64,000 bases of DNA from a phage: the sequence record PX441839.1. One strand, written 5' to 3'. The notes under the pieces were generated by a model. The model did no database searches. It had not been told where the DNA came from and saw only the letters and a program-made list of their open reading frames with translations. Shown piece after piece: positions 52,495 through 62,390 of the stretch. The translations under genes and the position numbers were made by a program. The number at the start of each line of letters is the position of its first letter. Within the stretch, counting starts at the first letter, position 1.

Positions 52495-52833
52495 ATGATT
52501 CTTGATATAATGGCAGTTCTTAAAGCACTCTGGGGATTTGCCACTTTTATTTTGTTGGGGATTCTCAAAATTACGTATTCTGACTTCAAAAAGATGCAGG
52601 AACGTCAGGACACTCTTGAGAAAGATATTATCCGACTCAGGAGTGAGATGGTTACTAAGGACAGTCTTGATGATATTTTTGATCGGAAGATGAAACATAT
52701 TCAAGACACTATCCAGGATATACGTGGGGATCTCGCAGACATGCGAGGAGAAACAAAGGACGAGGTTACTGCCTTACGTAATGAAATCAGGACTGTTTTG
52801 AATGTAGTTTTGGAGAGAAGCAACAGACAATGA
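52495..52833 (+). CDS. membrane-anchored coiled-coil protein (112 aa)
   Basis: N-terminal transmembrane helix LKALWGFATFILLGIL then charged helical region. Confidence 0.4.
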   Translation: MILDIMAVLKALWGFATFILLGILKITYSDFKKMQERQDTLEKDIIRLRSEMVTKDSLDDIFDRKMKHIQDTIQDIRGDLADMRGETKDEVTALRNEIRTVLNVVLERSNRQ

Positions 52834-53291
52834 TATCTTCCCTGTTCTACGGGATGTGCTTCCTGATTGTCCTTATGAACCCTTGCGTTCGTACAAAAAT
52901 AATGGCGGGGCTATGCCTCGCCTATATTGTAATAGAGAATATGATGCTTTGGTACACAATAACCAATGTTATCCATTTCGATATTACCCTTTATCATACC
53001 CTCGGGTGGATATTGGATTCAACTCTTTTGTTTGCAGTGGGTTGTGTTTTAAGAGGAAAGAGGCAGATCCTCATCATAGCTTCCGCAATACCCCTTATGG
53101 TGTCTCAAGTGTTAGCAATCCAATATCCTTCTATGTTCCCACCTGATGTATACCAGTGGGTAATTAAAGATGCTCACATGTATTTTATTGAGATGTTTAT
53201 CTTCGCTCATTCTTGGAAAGACAACACAGTAAAAGAGTGGTTAAAGACAGGAACAGTGTTGGGCCTTGTTGTTGCTGCACATTTAGTTTGA
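52830..53291 (+). CDS. polytopic membrane protein (153 aa)
   Basis: several hydrophobic segments; ATGA overlap. Confidence 0.4.
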   Translation: MISSLFYGMCFLIVLMNPCVRTKIMAGLCLAYIVIENMMLWYTITNVIHFDITLYHTLGWILDSTLLFAVGCVLRGKRQILIIASAIPLMVSQVLAIQYPSMFPPDVYQWVIKDAHMYFIEMFIFAHSWKDNTVKEWLKTGTVLGLVVAAHLV

Positions 53292-53310
53292 TTGATATTA
53301 CAGGTGGTAT

Positions 53311-53583
53311 ATGTTAAAATTCCTAAAGGACTTGATCCGGTCCACAACCGACCCTGCCAAGGCTTCACATACAAAGCTTTGGTCGAATATCGGTATGGCT
53401 TCAATGACTGCGGTGTTTCTCTGGTATGGTTTCAAAGGAACCCTCCCTGAGTGGTATTTGTGGGTTTATGCCCCTTCCGTTGCTGCACCACAGTTATTTA
53501 GCAAACTGATCGCCCTTCGTTGGGGAATAAACCCCAACCAGAAGAATACAGAAGATGAATTAAAAGGAGATCCTCGTGGCTGA
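53311..53583 (+). CDS. small membrane protein, holin-like (90 aa)
   Basis: two hydrophobic segments (IGMASMTAVFLWYGF, YLWVYAPSVAAPQLFSKLIAL), charged C-terminus. Confidence 0.35.
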   Translation: MLKFLKDLIRSTTDPAKASHTKLWSNIGMASMTAVFLWYGFKGTLPEWYLWVYAPSVAAPQLFSKLIALRWGINPNQKNTEDELKGDPRG

Positions 53584-56500
53584 TGATATTATTCAACTGA
53601 TCAGTGCAGAAGCTGACGCCGCTGTTGACCAAATCATTGAAGACTCTGTAAGGCTTCATAAAGTTGTAAATGGAACTGGAGTTGAGACAGTTGTAACAGA
53701 AGATGGTAGCATAATCCCTTCTGTTCGAAAAGCCCTGATTGACAACTTGTATTTTAAGACCCCTCCAATTCCTTGGAGACAAGGAACACAGGTAAGAGAG
53801 TTTAACCAACTTTATTCCTTTACCGATGTAAACGGAAAAGCCACTTGGTGGTATGCACCAGGAGCTACAAACAGTTCACCAGTGACGCAAGGTGATCAGC
53901 CAGCTACGGATACAAGATGGAGAGTGTTCTTAGATGCTGGGAATATGGATGGGATCTATGCTCCGATCCTGTCTCCAGATTTCAAGGGAAATCCGAGAGT
54001 ACCCACCCCTGCGGAAGGTGATGAGAGCACCTCAATTGCAAACACACTGTGGACAAAAAATGCGATAGCAAAAGCTATTGACATTGCACTTCCTAACTGG
54101 GATGATGCAATTTTTAACAACATCACTGTTAAAAATAATTCGGTGCTCAATAATCTCAGAGCAGACGGGCAGGTAACTTTTACTGGTCCGAAGGTCGATG
54201 CTGTTGATTCAGAGTTCAACCTTAAAAAGATCAATCTCGTCGGGGAAGATGCAGAAATAAATTTCCTTTGGTCTGATGGATCAGGTTACAGAACAAACCT
54301 GACACCCAACAAGATCTTCACTGCGGAAATGACGGCAAACAGGGTCAAAGGTTCGTATGTTGAATCAGGAGAACCTCGTGCTGTTGGAACAACTATGCGT
54401 GGGCATGGAGAGGCAATCTTTGATACTGTGCATATCTCAAAAAACGAAAGACAGCCAGTGGATGCAGACACATTATCTGTCACTGGGATAACCCGTGTTC
54501 AAAACCTCATTGTAGAGGGAGAGGCAGTAGGGATCAAGTCTAACGTAGATGGAACAACCATCGCACCGAGCAACATAAACAATGATGGGCATATTAATAC
54601 CAAATCCCTGTATGTCTCCGAAGAGACTCAATTGGATGGTATTACAAGGATCGGTGATGTAGAATTCTTAGGGACTGTCAAGGGACTTGATATGAATATC
54701 GAGTTCGACGAGATGAACCTTAAGAGTTTAAATGTCGCAGAATCCCTTGTTGTTGGTGGACAAACAACAATGTCTGCCGCTGTTATCGGAGATGTTGTTT
54801 TCACTGGATCTGTGGCGGGTATCGTATTGCCACCTGCCAATGTCGATGGACAGGAAATAAAACCTGCCTCTGTTGAGACAGAAACTCTCGATGTGTTGGG
54901 AGAGACCGTTCTTGAGAACCTGACAGTAAATGGAACGGTGACTGGCATTGACATGTCTGTAGATGGAACAGACATATCCCCATCAAATGTTACGACAGGA
55001 AACTTAACCGTTAATGGACAGCTTACCATGAACGGGGCTATCCAAATTAACAATATTGATGGTGACTCTGTCAAGACGAAAACGTTAGAGGTCTCCAACT
55101 TAGCAACTGTTCAGAATCTGACTGTTCCAGAGGAAGGGACTATAACGGGTTTTGGAAAGGTTGTCAATGAGCAAGATATCCTTCCAAACTCTGTCTCTGT
55201 AAAAGAGGGGTTGTCTGTAGGAGGAACTACTAACCTGAGAGATGTGAACATCTCTGGGAAAGTAACTGGACTCAATCCCGATTTCGGGCCTGGTTCAACG
55301 ATTACCTCTGACACGGTAAATGCTAAAACGGTAAATGCTGATACTGTCAATGCAACTACTTCCAGGACTGGGAACATAACGGTTACTGGAAGGATCTTAG
55401 ATGCAGAAGGAAATGATTTTGCTCTCCGTGTAAGTCCAGAACAGATTGGTGAAGCTATCAAGGTTCTTGATATCCAGCCAAAAACCATTGTTACTAAAGT
55501 CAGTGATGAGGATAAAGGATCTGTAACCACAGGTACAATCACGGCTGATAATGGAAACATTGGAACTTTAGGGACCAGCAACCTCACCATGCAAAATGGT
55601 ACGGTAAACGGATCTTTGAAGGTGATGGGAGAGATCCTGGACAAGGATGGAAACCCTGTTGCAATTATGGACATTCCGAGCATGATTGCTGGGAAGGACA
55701 TCGCACCGAAGGACGTTAGATCCTCTGGCTCTGTAACTGCCGCTGTGGACCTTACCGTCAATGGAAAGGCCAAGGTAGGTGGAACCTTAGAAACAGGCTC
55801 TGTGACCGTTACAGGAGGTCTCAGCACAACAGGCAGTGTCACTGTAACTGAGCAGCTATCTGTTCTTGGCAACGCTGTTGTTTCTGGAAGTCTACAGTCA
55901 ACAGGTGCGGACATTGGAGGAACGACCTCTGTTGACAATCTGATTGTAGCTGGAACCCTTACAGATGCACAAGGGAACCCAATTGGATCTGTCGAGTCAA
56001 TCACAGGGAAGGATATCAATCCTCGTGCTGTAACTGCAACTGGTAATATTTCCACAACAGGGACTATTACCGGACAGTCTGGTAGAGTAGATGAATCATT
56101 CACTGTAGGAACTGACCTTGGGGTTTCAGGTAAGTTGTCAGCAGGAGAGACAACACTTGGAGTCACAAAAACATCTTCTCTGGAAACAGGTCCAATAAAG
56201 ACATCTGGAATATCTGTCCTTGAGGGTAGTATTTCGACAGGCAAAGCTGTGACTGTAGGAACTGACCTTACTGTAACAGACAATGCCGTCATCGGTCATG
56301 TAGATATGGATTTTGACGGTGATCGGTTGAAGGTTGTGGGGAACCAACGGGTAGAGGGGAACCTGTATGTAACTGGAAACATCAACGGGAACGTAGATAT
56401 TTCTGGGCAGGATATTAACCCGAGATCTGTAACTGCCTCTGGTAATATTTCGGTTGCAGGTACAATTAGCTCCGACATTGGAGATTTCAACTCTGTCGAG

Positions 56501-57064
56501 ATTGGTGTTTCTGGAACTGCGGTTGGCCTCAGGGTCCTCAATAATGCAACTTTTGCTGGAGATCTCACTGTCTCAGGAAAGGTCAATGCAACTATTGACC
56601 AATCCGAGCAAGATGTAGTGACAAAGAACCTGCAAACTGGTAATATAACTGCAACGGCTATAACTGCTGGAAGTTTAAATGTTACTGGTGCTCTTAAGGC
56701 CCCGACTTCGGATGTTGAGGCAAACAGTGTCACTGCAAACAAGTTCATGGTCACACCTCAAGAAAGAACGCTAGATACTGGGGCATTTATCCCTGATGGA
56801 ACAACCAATATCTACAATATTGTATTGACACAGAATACAAGAATTGAGGCCCCTAGTCAACTTATTCAAGGTGGCAAGGGTGGTTCTATCATTATCTACT
56901 TGAACCAGGATGCAACTGGTGGTAGGGAGGTAACATTCTCCACAGAGTATCAAGCTCTTAATGATGGTGAAATAAATATGAACCCTAGTGGTGTTACTGT
57001 GGTCCAGTTGATGTATTCTGGACATGGAAGCATCATTGATACACTTATCCTTCCTAGAGTGTAA
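53576..57064 (+). CDS. long tail fibre / tail needle protein (1162 aa)
   Basis: GTG start after AAAGGAG; highly repetitive beta-rich sequence with recurring V.G.L.V.G and T.GNIT.TG units. Confidence 0.6.
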   Translation: MADDIIQLISAEADAAVDQIIEDSVRLHKVVNGTGVETVVTEDGSIIPSVRKALIDNLYFKTPPIPWRQGTQVREFNQLYSFTDVNGKATWWYAPGATNSSPVTQGDQPATDTRWRVFLDAGNMDGIYAPILSPDFKGNPRVPTPAEGDESTSIANTLWTKNAIAKAIDIALPNWDDAIFNNITVKNNSVLNNLRADGQVTFTGPKVDAVDSEFNLKKINLVGEDAEINFLWSDGSGYRTNLTPNKIFTAEMTANRVKGSYVESGEPRAVGTTMRGHGEAIFDTVHISKNERQPVDADTLSVTGITRVQNLIVEGEAVGIKSNVDGTTIAPSNINNDGHINTKSLYVSEETQLDGITRIGDVEFLGTVKGLDMNIEFDEMNLKSLNVAESLVVGGQTTMSAAVIGDVVFTGSVAGIVLPPANVDGQEIKPASVETETLDVLGETVLENLTVNGTVTGIDMSVDGTDISPSNVTTGNLTVNGQLTMNGAIQINNIDGDSVKTKTLEVSNLATVQNLTVPEEGTITGFGKVVNEQDILPNSVSVKEGLSVGGTTNLRDVNISGKVTGLNPDFGPGSTITSDTVNAKTVNADTVNATTSRTGNITVTGRILDAEGNDFALRVSPEQIGEAIKVLDIQPKTIVTKVSDEDKGSVTTGTITADNGNIGTLGTSNLTMQNGTVNGSLKVMGEILDKDGNPVAIMDIPSMIAGKDIAPKDVRSSGSVTAAVDLTVNGKAKVGGTLETGSVTVTGGLSTTGSVTVTEQLSVLGNAVVSGSLQSTGADIGGTTSVDNLIVAGTLTDAQGNPIGSVESITGKDINPRAVTATGNISTTGTITGQSGRVDESFTVGTDLGVSGKLSAGETTLGVTKTSSLETGPIKTSGISVLEGSISTGKAVTVGTDLTVTDNAVIGHVDMDFDGDRLKVVGNQRVEGNLYVTGNINGNVDISGQDINPRSVTASGNISVAGTISSDIGDFNSVEIGVSGTAVGLRVLNNATFAGDLTVSGKVNATIDQSEQDVVTKNLQTGNITATAITAGSLNVTGALKAPTSDVEANSVTANKFMVTPQERTLDTGAFIPDGTTNIYNIVLTQNTRIEAPSQLIQGGKGGSIIIYLNQDATGGREVTFSTEYQALNDGEINMNPSGVTVVQLMYSGHGSIIDTLILPRV

Positions 57065-57074
57065 TGTAAACAAT

Positions 57075-57103
57075 AGCCCCTACTAAGGGGCTATTTTACT
57101 TTT
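57075..57103 (+). terminator. rho-independent terminator
   Basis: TAGCCCC-TACTAA-GGGGCTA then TTTTACTTTT. Confidence 0.6.
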
Positions 57104-57114
57104 GAGGAGACAAA

Positions 57115-59613
57115 ATGATACCTTTCCCATTATTAGGTGGAAAATCACCAACTCCACCACCGCCACTTCCAAAGGGCGTTTCTGGGTACTCAGGAACTAC
57201 CTACATAGGTGAAGATGGTGAAACTTGGTCTTGGAACAGGCAACTGGAGAGATGGATTAAAAAAGATCCGTTTCCAGTTGACGAAGGGCATCCTGAACAC
57301 TTCATGGTGGGGCCTGCAAAGATAGGCACAGATGGTTCTTTCCGATACTTCAATACTGTAACCAACGCTTGGGAAGATGTTCCTAACGGGAGCACCTTGG
57401 GGATGGTCCCTCTGACCCTGACAGATGAAGGCGTAAACATAGGGACATCGGTATTTGTAGAGTATCCCATTTATCAATCCGCTGGGTATGCCGTAGGTCT
57501 TGGAGGGTTCGCAAGACTGCTTGGGACGGAGGTACTGGGAAGACCAGATCTTATGGACCTGTACCTTATAGGAAGAAGAGGGGATTTCTTTTCACCTTCT
57601 CCTGCAAACCCTGACTCCACCAACGCAATTCTCGTAATTCGAAATGTTAAAAGGGATAGGGTGTGGAATACTTACCTGAACATGGTTGTGGAAACAAGTG
57701 ATGGGGAGATGTGGGCTTGGGGAATGAACTTCTATAATCAGTACGGCCCTTGGATAAGAAGCGGAGTAACAAGTTCCAGTCAACCACACATGAAGATAAA
57801 CCCATTCTCTAAAATATCTGATTTTCCAGTACCACCTGAGAAAATAAAAGATATCTTCCCCGGTGTAACAATGGTCATAGTTGCAGACACTGACGGGAAA
57901 TTCTGGTCCAAAGGGATTAACATTGGTCAGTTTAACGATATTGATGACCAAATTAGGACAGCCTGGGTAGAGATACCCGCAGATAGGTTCCCAGGGTTTA
58001 AAAAGTTTTATCGGAGTCTTAACGGAACAGGTGCCGCCAATGATCTTGCTTACACCAACTGCGTTTGGTATTTGACAGATACAGGGATAAGACATTTTGG
58101 AAATGTGTATGGAGTGATGGACGGTTCCCCACTTGTATCTGCAACAACTAGGGATCTCCCTGACAGTAAAGTTCACTCAGCCCCTGTAGGATTGCCTGAA
58201 AGGAATGATGAGCCTAAAATAGTGAGTTTTTCACTGGCCAGATCTTCTGACTATATCCTTATTGCTGTTTGGTATGATGACCCCGAAGAGATGTATGTTG
58301 CCTATCCTACTTCTGGACTTATTTGGGACCACGCAGATGGAGTAACGTATGGGAGGAGATTCAATAAATCCTCAGCCCCTGTAGGGAAGCATAGGAACCC
58401 CATACTGGACTTCAATAAAGAGGCCACCCTTATAACGGGGTTTGATGGAAAATTCTATGCTTCTGGGACCCCAAGTGTAAATAACGGGCTATACTCAAGA
58501 ACCAGCCCAACCACTTTTATCGACCAGAAGATGCCATCCTCTCTCGTTTATCAGGTTGAGCTATCCGACTCTGTAAACGGAAAAACTCAACTGTTGAGAA
58601 ATGATAGGCGTTCTTTAATGATAGCCGACCTTTCGGGAGGAAGCAACTACTTTGGAAATGGAACTTTCTGGAAACCAACTGCAACGATTAAGTGGCCTGA
58701 CTATCCAGACGCAATTCCAATAGTGTTCAAGAATGATGGTGTCACTATCTCGGGATCTGCTGAAAGGGTAGATACGTTTTGGGGGTGGAATGTTAGCAAC
58801 TACAACACTGTCAGCAGTACAGCCGGAGACCAGTACGGTGCTCCCAGTGGGGATGCTGTGCATGTCTCAGGGGAAGGGCACCTTACAATCTGGAAAGATG
58901 ATAGCAGTATCCTTGTTGGTGGTTACAACATAGGTGGAGTGTTTGGTGCTTTTAACCAGTGGAAGCAACCACAAGGTGCTGGAAGGTGGGTAGGCACAGT
59001 AAGAGAGTCTTTTACTGGCACATCGACAGTAAGCTGCGGAACCACTATTGCTTGGGATGGAAAAGATCATTACATATTTGGCAAAAACTACTGGGATGTT
59101 GCAAACGGACAACCAGTAATAAAGTTCAGTTCCTCTGCACCTGTAAAATGGAACAGTAAACAGGGATACCCGAACCTCCCTAATTTTATAAAATGGATTC
59201 CTGCAATTATGGGATATTCTGATGACGAGGGTTCTTTGCAACAACCCTTCTTTATGTATCGGGGTACTGACGGTCTGTTTTATGCTGCGGGTAGCAATAC
59301 AACAGGTGCCTTGGCGACAGGGACCCCACCTGAGACAAGGGATGAGCAAAGATGGACTTTTGAGGTAATGAAGGGATCTGAGGTGTTTGTTGGTAAAAAT
59401 GTTAAGGTTTACCACGGACACGGAAATACCTCTTGTTTGTTGTTCGCTTGCGAGGGAAAGGTGTACGGTGTTGGATTACCTAACAGTATGAAATGGAATG
59501 ACACCGGAACCATCCCTGACCCGTTCTTCCCTGGTTTCAACAGAAGGCTTAATGAAATCACCTACCTGATGGATTTGCCGGATGTTATCTATACCCGACC
59601 AATAGAAGAATAA
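57115..59613 (+). CDS. RCC1-like beta-propeller repeat protein, probable tail protein (832 aa)
   Basis: repeated RCC1-type motifs GEMWAWGMNFYNQYG, GKFWSKGINIGQFND, GLFYAAGSNTTGALATG, GKVYGVGLPNS; AGGAG RBS. Confidence 0.5.
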   Translation: MIPFPLLGGKSPTPPPPLPKGVSGYSGTTYIGEDGETWSWNRQLERWIKKDPFPVDEGHPEHFMVGPAKIGTDGSFRYFNTVTNAWEDVPNGSTLGMVPLTLTDEGVNIGTSVFVEYPIYQSAGYAVGLGGFARLLGTEVLGRPDLMDLYLIGRRGDFFSPSPANPDSTNAILVIRNVKRDRVWNTYLNMVVETSDGEMWAWGMNFYNQYGPWIRSGVTSSSQPHMKINPFSKISDFPVPPEKIKDIFPGVTMVIVADTDGKFWSKGINIGQFNDIDDQIRTAWVEIPADRFPGFKKFYRSLNGTGAANDLAYTNCVWYLTDTGIRHFGNVYGVMDGSPLVSATTRDLPDSKVHSAPVGLPERNDEPKIVSFSLARSSDYILIAVWYDDPEEMYVAYPTSGLIWDHADGVTYGRRFNKSSAPVGKHRNPILDFNKEATLITGFDGKFYASGTPSVNNGLYSRTSPTTFIDQKMPSSLVYQVELSDSVNGKTQLLRNDRRSLMIADLSGGSNYFGNGTFWKPTATIKWPDYPDAIPIVFKNDGVTISGSAERVDTFWGWNVSNYNTVSSTAGDQYGAPSGDAVHVSGEGHLTIWKDDSSILVGGYNIGGVFGAFNQWKQPQGAGRWVGTVRESFTGTSTVSCGTTIAWDGKDHYIFGKNYWDVANGQPVIKFSSSAPVKWNSKQGYPNLPNFIKWIPAIMGYSDDEGSLQQPFFMYRGTDGLFYAAGSNTTGALATGTPPETRDEQRWTFEVMKGSEVFVGKNVKVYHGHGNTSCLLFACEGKVYGVGLPNSMKWNDTGTIPDPFFPGFNRRLNEITYLMDLPDVIYTRPIEE

Positions 59614-59619
59614 CAACCA

Positions 59620-59654
59620 ATAAAAAGGCTCCCGAATGGGAGCCTTTTCTTTTA
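59620..59654. terminator. bidirectional rho-independent terminator
   Basis: AAGGCTCCC-GAAT-GGGAGCCTT flanked by A-run and T-run between convergent genes. Confidence 0.65.
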
Positions 59655-59658
59655 TGTA

Positions 59659-60858
59659 TTACAGGACATAAATCACGTGGTTAGGATATTGAAGCCCTAC
59701 CGGAGCGAAGGGGATGTCATCATCGAAATCCATAACATCTGGGGTGTAGTCCAGATGACCATCATCGCTTACCGGAACTTGAGGATTAGTATCCTGAGGT
59801 TTTTGTTCCAGTTGAGGTTCAGGGGCTTTTTCTGGAGACGCGTCTTTCCGAACAAGGTCTTCTGTCGCATTGATGAATCGGAAGGTTGTTTCCACATTCT
59901 CAATAAACTGATCAATACCTTCTTGACTGTGTCGAGCAGCCAAGATACCGGATTGGCCCAGACGAGCACCAAACGCATAATCATCCATACCTTTGAACTC
60001 TTCCCGCAGCTTGGCCTTGATGGTATCCATAGCTTTCAGAACCTGCACCACAATAATTTGCTGATCGACGATAGCTGCATTTGGGAACATTGCATCTGTG
60101 ATAGTCAGTGCGTTGCCTAAACGAATCGGCAAGTCATCCTTTCCACCTTTACGGGAACCACCTGCACCACCTGCACCTTTTGGACCATAAGCCTTGAAAG
60201 CACTGATTGAACCATCAGCCGCCCGCTGACCAGCCAAACGACCACCCTCTTGGATCTGGGAGAGTTGCTCGTCTGACAGCTTAACGGTAACATCGCCATT
60301 ATCTGTCTTCACTACAACGTCTGAGCCGCTCACAGAGACGATTTCTCCGTAAACCTTAGTGGTTGCACCACCTGCACCTTGAGAGCCTCCCTGAGGTGTC
60401 TGAGAGCCTTGCGGAGCTACATCTCGAGCACCAGATGCATCGGTAATTTTAATTTTGTTCTTTTTACCCTCGGTGGAGGTTCGTTCATTACCCTCTCGGT
60501 CTTTGTAATATTTAACCTGCACTGGTAGACGAATCTTCATGCCTGGTTTAAGGCTTACATATTTGTCACCTTCTTTGATCTGGAACTGATCTTCGTATTT
60601 CAAGTTCTTAACTTCACCTTCTCCAAAAGAGATCCAAGCTGAATCTTCACCTTCTTTCAACAGGATAGAATAGCGATGGGTAGACTTGATAGTCTTACCT
60701 GCATTTGGACCCTTGTTGATGTGGGTGATTTTAGGACTACCGTCCTCATTGATACGTTTGATATTGATACGTTCAATTGTTCCAGCGGCGACGTGTACAG
60801 TCACATCATTAACAGCATCATAAACAGAGTTAACAACTTGAATTTTAACTTCGGACAT
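59659..60858 (-). CDS. SSB-like protein with acidic MDFDDDIPF motif
   Basis: near-C-terminal DVMDFDDDIPF identical to the E. coli SSB acidic tip, preceded by Gly/Gln-rich linker, but followed by 15 more residues (APVGLQYPNHVIYVL). Confidence 0.45.
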   Translation of the reverse strand: MSEVKIQVVNSVYDAVNDVTVHVAAGTIERINIKRINEDGSPKITHINKGPNAGKTIKSTHRYSILLKEGEDSAWISFGEGEVKNLKYEDQFQIKEGDKYVSLKPGMKIRLPVQVKYYKDREGNERTSTEGKKNKIKITDASGARDVAPQGSQTPQGGSQGAGGATTKVYGEIVSVSGSDVVVKTDNGDVTVKLSDEQLSQIQEGGRLAGQRAADGSISAFKAYGPKGAGGAGGSRKGGKDDLPIRLGNALTITDAMFPNAAIVDQQIIVVQVLKAMDTIKAKLREEFKGMDDYAFGARLGQSGILAARHSQEGIDQFIENVETTFRFINATEDLVRKDASPEKAPEPQLEQKPQDTNPQVPVSDDGHLDYTPDVMDFDDDIPFAPVGLQYPNHVIYVL

Positions 60859-60931
60859 TTATTTCTCCTTCGGAATTAAGCCTCGTTTGAGGCCGGAACA
60901 ACATATTATCACAAATACTTAGATTTGCAAC

Positions 60932-61306
60932 TTACAAGTAGACACGTTGGACTTCTTTGTCTGCCTTTTCGAACATCATGTTTGCCATGTTAATATCCTT
61001 GATCACCACCTCTGTAATCTCGTCCGGACGAAAAGCCTTAAGTGACCGTTTAAAGATGATAGTCGGATCTTCACATGGATCACCTGATGTGTCAAACAAT
61101 TTCACCAGCATCTTAACAGGAACTTGACAAGACACCTTTCCCCCATAGTTGATTGCATACGCTGCGCCGACCTCTGCCTGACGGTCTCCCAGTTCATACA
61201 CCAAATTCAGGTTTACATATTTACAACCTTGACCTGCCGTTATGTTCTTTGTTGCAGAGATGCAGTTCCAACCTGGTTCAATAAAGGTGTTGTCAAAAAT
61301 GCTCAT
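60932..61306 (-). CDS. hypothetical protein
   Basis: ORF track 60932..61324. Confidence 0.4.
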   Translation of the reverse strand: MSIFDNTFIEPGWNCISATKNITAGQGCKYVNLNLVYELGDRQAEVGAAYAINYGGKVSCQVPVKMLVKLFDTSGDPCEDPTIIFKRSLKAFRPDEITEVVIKDINMANMMFEKADKEVQRVYL

Positions 61307-61371
61307 GGTGAAATCTCCTTTCATTAAGTTATGGGTCTATTATATAAGACCCACCTCAATTAAGTCAACAC

Positions 61372-61728
61372 TTAAATACTTTTCTCAAAGCCTTCCGCTT
61401 GGAAGTAGGCTGTTTTCTCAGAGGTCTCAATTGAGAAACTTACCTGGGACAGTTCAGCAGCCAAGTGAGCAGCAATCTGTTTTGCCATGTGGACAATCAT
61501 ACCTTCTTCTTTTGGGAAGCGAGGGTACTGGATAAGTCGCACAGTAAACCCCTTTTCCATCCCTCCCGTATAGATATAGTCAGTTTTAGTAAGCTGAATA
61601 CATCCTCGCTCCGCATGGGTAAGGTACTTCCTAAGAATATGACGAGCAAAGTCAATATCCCCTGCCATGTGGATCGTCACATAGAATGTTTTCTCGGTTG
61701 CCTTTTGAACGAAATTTACATTAGCCAC
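61372..61728 (-). CDS. hypothetical protein (118 aa)
   Basis: ORF track. Confidence 0.4.
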   Translation of the reverse strand: MANVNFVQKATEKTFYVTIHMAGDIDFARHILRKYLTHAERGCIQLTKTDYIYTGGMEKGFTVRLIQYPRFPKEEGMIVHMAKQIAAHLAAELSQVSFSIETSEKTAYFQAEGFEKSI

Positions 61729-62112
61729 TTATTTTCTCCCCTTCTTACGGTGATAAACTCCACGTTTGGACAGAGGAATTTCCTCTGCATCTCTTCCATC
61801 AACACCATCTTCACCAGGTTCACCTTGAGGACCCATTGGACCTGCTGGTCCCATTGGCCCCATAGGTCCTACAGGTCCAGTGACAACACGAATGTCTTTA
61901 GGTTTGTACAGAGAATAACCCAAGCATCCAAACCAACCGATAAGTGTAATTACGCTCGGAGGCAAAAGGAAGAAGATAACAGTAAAGACAGAGATCATCC
62001 ACTTATTCCTGTGATCCTTCTTCCATGCGATAATTATTGGGGAAAAACTAATTGCCAATAAAATTAACAGAAAAACAAGACCGAGAGTGATGGCAGCTTC
62101 TGCAATTATCAT
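61729..62112 (-). CDS. membrane protein with short collagen-like segment
   Basis: two hydrophobic segments followed by TGPVGPMGPMGPAGPMGPQGEPGEDGVDG. Confidence 0.4.
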   Translation of the reverse strand: MIIAEAAITLGLVFLLILLAISFSPIIIAWKKDHRNKWMISVFTVIFFLLPPSVITLIGWFGCLGYSLYKPKDIRVVTGPVGPMGPMGPAGPMGPQGEPGEDGVDGRDAEEIPLSKRGVYHRKKGRK

Positions 62113-62390
62113 TAACGAAGACCCTCTTTGATTTTAAGTTCAATCAACCCTGCATCCAGGGTATACATGTATCCAGTGTTATCCCGAAAGTAACAAAGGA
62201 CTCCCTTGGGTTCGGATTTTCTTACTATGACCCGACCCCTTTGATAACCAGGTTGTGTTTCACAAACCTTGTACAGTTCCTGAATACGGGAAGGCAGAAT
62301 AGTATGAGAATTCTTGTACTTATCCTCACCTTCTTCCAGACACCCTGTCAAAAGTACAGAGCACAGTAGTGCAATAATTAACTTTTTCAT
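62112..62390 (-). CDS. lipoprotein
   Basis: MKKLIIALLCSVLLTGC signal peptide with lipobox; ORF track 62112..62426. Confidence 0.45.
   Translation of the reverse strand: MKKLIIALLCSVLLTGCLEEGEDKYKNSHTILPSRIQELYKVCETQPGYQRGRVIVRKSEPKGVLCYFRDNTGYMYTLDAGLIELKIKEGLR

Noticed and set aside
55111-56292. 393-aa minus-strand ORF, and other antisense ORFs (54628..55098, 56296..56754), inside the long fibre gene
   Set aside because: Antisense to the repetitive 1162-aa fibre gene; Pro/Val/Thr/Ser-rich translations typical of reverse-strand reading of repeat-rich coding sequence; against operon direction.
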